Assembly (NCBI GenBank): GCA_046351235.1
Contig: JAXLYV010000014.1
Location: 2,453 to 66,452 of the forward strand
Source of the DNA: Sandaracinus sp.
Lineage (GTDB): Bacteria > Myxococcota_A > Polyangia > Polyangiales > Sandaracinaceae
Length of the DNA stretch: 64,000 bases
Direction: 5' to 3'
The first letter of the stretch is position 1. The number at the start of each line of letters is the position of its first letter. Under the pieces are notes generated by a model. It worked only from the letters and a program-made list of their open reading frames with translations. It did no database searches and was not told the DNA's origin. Position numbers and translations under genes: made by a program. This document shows positions 60,614 through 64,000 of this stretch, one piece after another.

Positions 60614-62278
60614 TCAGTACGGGCTGTCGCGGTAGCCCTCGACGTGGGTGTCACCCGTCGTCGTGGTCTCGCCGCCGGTCTCTTCGTGCGCCGTCGTCGC
60701 GCGCGGGATGCGCACGAGGCGCGCGTTGAGCTCGAGCGTCCCGCCGCTCACGGTCGCGTCCATCGGCAGGTCGCGGAAGCCCGCGCGCGAGAACACGAAG
60801 TGCAGCGAGGCGCCCTCGGCCGCCTGGTCGCCGGTGAGCTCGACCTCGGTCGGCGTCGGGCCGAAGGTGCGATCGCCCAACGTCACCATCGCGCCCGTGG
60901 GCTGCGAGCGGAGCGAGACGAGCACCGTGCGGATCTCCGTCGCGGGCGCCGTCACCGTCGTCGTCGTGGGCACGGCCACGACGCTCGTGGGCGGCGTCTC
61001 GCCGTGGGTCGGCGGCGGCAGCGTGCCCTGCGTCGTCGGCGGCGCGCTCGTGGTCGTCGCCGGCACGGGCCCGCTGGCGCCGCCCATCAGCACCCAGCCG
61101 CCGCCGAGCGCGAGCACGAGCGCGAACACGCCCGCGAGCGCCATCCACGCGCCGTTGCCGCGCGCCGGCGGCGCGATCGAGGTCGGCAGCGGCGGCGCCG
61201 CCGGAATCGACGAGTTCGCGGCGGCCGAGAGCGCGCCCGACGAGCTCGTGGCGAGCATGTTCGGCCCGCTCGCGCTCGACGTCGTGAGCGGGGGCGCGAG
61301 CGAGAGCACGCCCGAGCGCTGCGCATCCCACTCGCCCGTCATCGCCGCGATCTGGCCCGACGACGACGAGATCGCGCCGCCCAGCGCTTCCTTCAGCGCG
61401 AGCAGCAGCTGGTCCATGTCCGCCCAGCGCTCGTCGCGCACCTTCGCGAGGCAGCGCATCGTCACGTGCACCACGCCGAGCGGCAGCGGCGTCTTGCCCT
61501 CGGGCGCCGCGACCGTCTTCGGGATCTCGCGGATGTGGTCCATGAGGACCTGCATCGGCTGATCGCGCACGAAGGGCGGCCGGCCGCTCAGCATCTCGTA
61601 GAGAATCACGCCGACCGAGTAGAGGTCGCTGCGCGCGTCGAGCTTCTCGCCCTGGATCTGCTCGGGCGACATGTACTTGGGCGAGCCCGTGAACACGCCC
61701 GTCTGCGTGATGTCCTCGACCTCGCCGTTCTCACCGCCGGTGTCCTTCGCGAGCCCGAAGTCGAGGACCTTCACGGTCTCTTCGCCGCCGCGCTCGACGA
61801 GCATCACGTTGCCCGGCTTCATGTCGCGGTGGACGATGCCGAGCCGGTGTGCCTCGCGCAGCGAGCGCGCGATCTGCTTGGCGATCTCCACGGCGCGCTC
61901 CGGATCGAGCGCCCCTTCCTTCGCGATCACTTCCTTGAGCGTCTGCCCCTCGAGCAGCTCCATCGCGATGAAGTAGAGGCCGTCGTCCGTCTGGCCGTAA
62001 TCGAACACACGAACGGTGTTCGGGTGCGTGAGCTTCGCGGCCGTGGAGGCCTCGAGGAGGAAGCGCTTGCGGAACTCGGGGTCCTGGTCTTCGTCGTGGC
62101 GGAGCGAGAGGATCTTGATGGCGACCGCACGGCCCAGCGGGAGCTGCTCGGCGCGGTACACGGCGCCCATGCCGCCACGCGCCAGCGCGGAGAGGATGCG
62201 GAAGCGCCCGTCGAGCGTGCGGCCGACGAGGCTCTCCGGCGCGTCCACCCCCGTGGACTTCGAAGCGGGCTGGTTCAT
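60614..62278 (-). CDS. Ser/Thr protein kinase with TM helix and C-terminal PEGA-like domain
   Basis: GGMGAVYRA..AIK, HRDMKPGNVML, VLDFGLAK, GSPKYMSPEQ. TM helix WMALAGVFALVLALGGGWVLM. PEGA-like segment VSLRSQPTGAMVTLGDRTFGPTP. Confidence 0.9.
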   Translation of the reverse strand: MNQPASKSTGVDAPESLVGRTLDGRFRILSALARGGMGAVYRAEQLPLGRAVAIKILSLRHDEDQDPEFRKRFLLEASTAAKLTHPNTVRVFDYGQTDDGLYFIAMELLEGQTLKEVIAKEGALDPERAVEIAKQIARSLREAHRLGIVHRDMKPGNVMLVERGGEETVKVLDFGLAKDTGGENGEVEDITQTGVFTGSPKYMSPEQIQGEKLDARSDLYSVGVILYEMLSGRPPFVRDQPMQVLMDHIREIPKTVAAPEGKTPLPLGVVHVTMRCLAKVRDERWADMDQLLLALKEALGGAISSSSGQIAAMTGEWDAQRSGVLSLAPPLTTSSASGPNMLATSSSGALSAAANSSIPAAPPLPTSIAPPARGNGAWMALAGVFALVLALGGGWVLMGGASGPVPATTTSAPPTTQGTLPPPTHGETPPTSVVAVPTTTTVTAPATEIRTVLVSLRSQPTGAMVTLGDRTFGPTPTEVELTGDQAAEGASLHFVFSRAGFRDLPMDATVSGGTLELNARLVRIPRATTAHEETGGETTTTGDTHVEGYRDSPY

Positions 62279-62333
62279 CCGGGTTTCGGATCAGAATACC
62301 AGAGTCGCTGCAGAAGATCCCCCCGGGCGGTGA

Positions 62334-63477
62334 TCAACGCGGGCCGGGTGCGTCGAAAACCGACAGCGCGATGTCGAGCGCGCCGTTTCGGAGCGGGTAC
62401 GCTGCCACGGGGACGAGCGGGAGCTTCGCCGGGTGCTCGCCGAGGACGGCGAGGCGGCCCGGCCGGATGCGCTTCATCAGCCCGACCAGCTCCTCGAGCG
62501 CCTCCTCGGCGCCCCCGATCCGGACGCCGTAGGGCGGGTTCGTCACGACGACCGTCCCCGGCGGCGGGGCCGCGTCGATGGCCCGTCCGACCGCGAATTG
62601 CACCTTCGCACCCGCATCGCGCGCGTTCTTGCGGGCGGCGTCGATGGCCGCCGGGTCCACGTCGCTGGCGAAGATCGGTGGTCCTTCCGCGCGTCCCCGC
62701 GCGGCGACCCGCTCGCGCACGGCGGCGAACGAGGTGGCGCGCGCGCCGTCGTGATCGGCCCACCGCTCGATGCCGAAGCGTGCGTGGCGCAGGCCCGGCG
62801 CGATCTCACGCGCCCACAGGTCCGCCTCGATCGCGATGGTGCCCGAACCGCACATCGGATCGAGCAGCGGTGTGTGACGGTCCCAGCCGCTCAAGCGGAG
62901 CACGGCGGCGGCGAGCGTCTCCTTCAGTGGGGCATCGCCGATGCGGCGGCGGTAGCCGCGCTCGTGGAGCGAGCGGCCGGACACGTCGGCATAGAACGCG
63001 CGTGACCGCGCGAGACGTGCACGAAGACGCCCACGTCGGGGTCCTCGCGGTCCACGTCGGGACGGCGGCCCGCGGGATCTTTCGCGCGGAGGTGATCGAC
63101 GATCGCGTCCTTCACCTTCATCGCCACGAAGCCCGTGTGCCGCAGCGCTTCGTCCTTGCTGACCGCCGAGACGGCGAGCGTGCGGCGCGCGTCGAGCACG
63201 CGCTCCCACGCGACCGCGCGCCGAGGCGTAGAGCTCTTCCTGGTCGCGCGCCGGGCCCCTCGCCGAGCGCGAGCAGGACGCGCACGGCGATGCGGCTCTC
63301 GAGGCAGCGGGCCGCGTCCTCCGGCGAGCCGAGGAAGCGCACGCCGCCGCGATCGGCGCGCACCTTGCGCATGCGCAGCTCGCGCAGCTCGTCCTTCAGC
63401 GCGAGCTCGGTGCCGCGCGCCGCCGTGACGAAGAACGCGGGGAGATCCTCGCGCTCGCGCTCGCGCTCGCCGCTCAC
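62334..63477 (-). pseudogene. THUMP-domain class I SAM-dependent RNA (N6-adenine/N2-guanine type) methyltransferase interrupted by two -1 frameshifts
   Basis: Three consecutive reading frames carry one protein. The first frame (63477 to ~63250) gives FFVTAARGTELALKDEL...RIAVRVLLALGEGP. The second (~63250 to ~62998) gives RDQEELYASARAVAWERVLDARRTLAVSAVSKDEALRHTGFVAMKVKDAIVDHL...VFVHVSRGHA. The third (~62996 to 62334) gives FYADVSGRSLHERGYR...LLDPMCGSGTIAIEA...VVVTNPPYGVRIG. The total of 1144 nt equals 382 codons minus 2 nt. Confidence 0.6.
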
Positions 63478-64000
63478 ATGCGCTCGACGACGTCGACGCC
63501 GATGGCGCGCAGGCCCCGGCGGAGCTGGCGCCCGGCGAGCGCGACGAGGGCGAGGCGACTCTCGCGCGTCGCGCCCTCGCTCTTCAGCACGGGGCATGCC
63601 TCGTAGAACGAGCTGAGCTCGGTCGCGACGGCGTACAGGTGATCGGTGAGCAGGTGCGGCTGGTAGGTCTCGGCCGCCGCGTGCACGGCGTCCGGGAACT
63701 GGAGCAGCGTGCGCGCGAGCGAGATCTCCTGCGGCGCCTCGAGCAGGATCTCGCTCGGCGCGAGCGTGCGCTCGTCGATCTCTCCCTTGCGGAAGATGGC
63801 GCCGGCGCGTGCCGCCGCGAACTGAATGTACGGGCCACAGTTGCCATCGAGCGCGACCAGCTTGTTCCAGTCGAACTGGTAGTCGCTTGTTCGGTTCTGA
63901 CGAAGGTCGGCGTACTTCACCGCACCGGCGCCGATCGAGCGCGCGACCACGGGAAGCTCGTGTGCGGGGAGGTCGACCTCCTTCTGCTTCATGAGCTCGA
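63474..64000 (-). CDS. argS: Arginyl-tRNA synthetase, C-terminal part (gene continues beyond the window)
   Basis: DALR anticodon-binding domain: GAGAVKYADL, NCGPYIQFAAARAGAIFRK, PHLLTDHLYAVATELSSFYEACPVLK. It ends with the typical ...VVERM. Confidence 0.9.
   Translation of the reverse strand, partial: ELMKQKEVDLPAHELPVVARSIGAGAVKYADLRQNRTSDYQFDWNKLVALDGNCGPYIQFAAARAGAIFRKGEIDERTLAPSEILLEAPQEISLARTLLQFPDAVHAAAETYQPHLLTDHLYAVATELSSFYEACPVLKSEGATRESRLALVALAGRQLRRGLRAIGVDVVERM

Noticed and set aside
1-64000. Search by eye for tRNA, rRNA, tmRNA, CRISPR arrays, integrase genes and att-like direct repeats around the 57-60.5 kb cassette.
   Set aside because: I saw no T-loop (GGTTCGAATCC-like) or anticodon-arm pattern, no rRNA-like stretch, no spaced repeats, no integrase or recombinase ORF, and no convincing direct repeats flanking the cassette. 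Absence by eye is weak evidence, so tRNAscan-SE, Infernal and a repeat finder should be run.

Overview
The window is about 64 kb of very GC-rich chromosomal DNA, roughly 70% by eye (not computed). The gene content suggests a myxobacterium of the Polyangiales/Sandaracinus type; this is an inference. It includes many Cys-rich MopE-type lipoproteins, an FHA/sigma-54 activator, a REC-DUF4388-TPR giant protein and a PEGA Ser/Thr kinase. I found no rRNA, tRNA or CRISPR array. Most long ORFs in the six-frame track are antisense or out-of-frame artefacts of the high GC content. I chose genes by recognisable protein motifs, G/C saturation at third codon positions, Shine-Dalgarno (SD) sequences and 4-nt start/stop overlaps.

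Recognisable content, in order:
- Two LuxR regulators and a MopE-repeat lipoprotein.
- A stand-alone E2 acyltransferase domain.
- A complete cyanophycin locus: iadA, cyanophycinase, cphA and a second cphA-like gene that lacks the ATP-grasp domain.
- ppx and nhaA.
- A TetR unit with a duplicated palindromic operator.
- msrB and gmk.
- Two UbiA-family prenyltransferase paralogues bracketing three unknown genes, next to an FHA/sigma-54 activator.
- gcvT and gcvH.
- A membrane-anchored GNAT plus two unknown, translationally coupled genes.
- A sigma-54-type promoter in front of an unlisted 53-aa ORF.
- DUF4350, MoxR, DUF58 and rsmA.
- A VOC-ArsR-SRPBCC operon.
- gcvPA, with no gcvPB.
- gloA, a DUF938 methyltransferase and a lipoprotein hydrolase.
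- A RAYT (IS200-like Y1 transposase) flanked by REP-like repeats.
- A GH3 glycosidase and an FAD oxidoreductase.
- A compositionally atypical four-gene cassette of unrecognisable proteins (57.1-60.5 kb).
- A Ser/Thr kinase, a twice-frameshifted THUMP methyltransferase, and the 3' end of argS.

The best candidates for something undescribed are:
- the 57.1-60.5 kb cassette;
- the cphA paralogue without an ATP-grasp (G) domain;
- the UbiA-x3-UbiA cluster;
- the trans-membrane GNAT operon.
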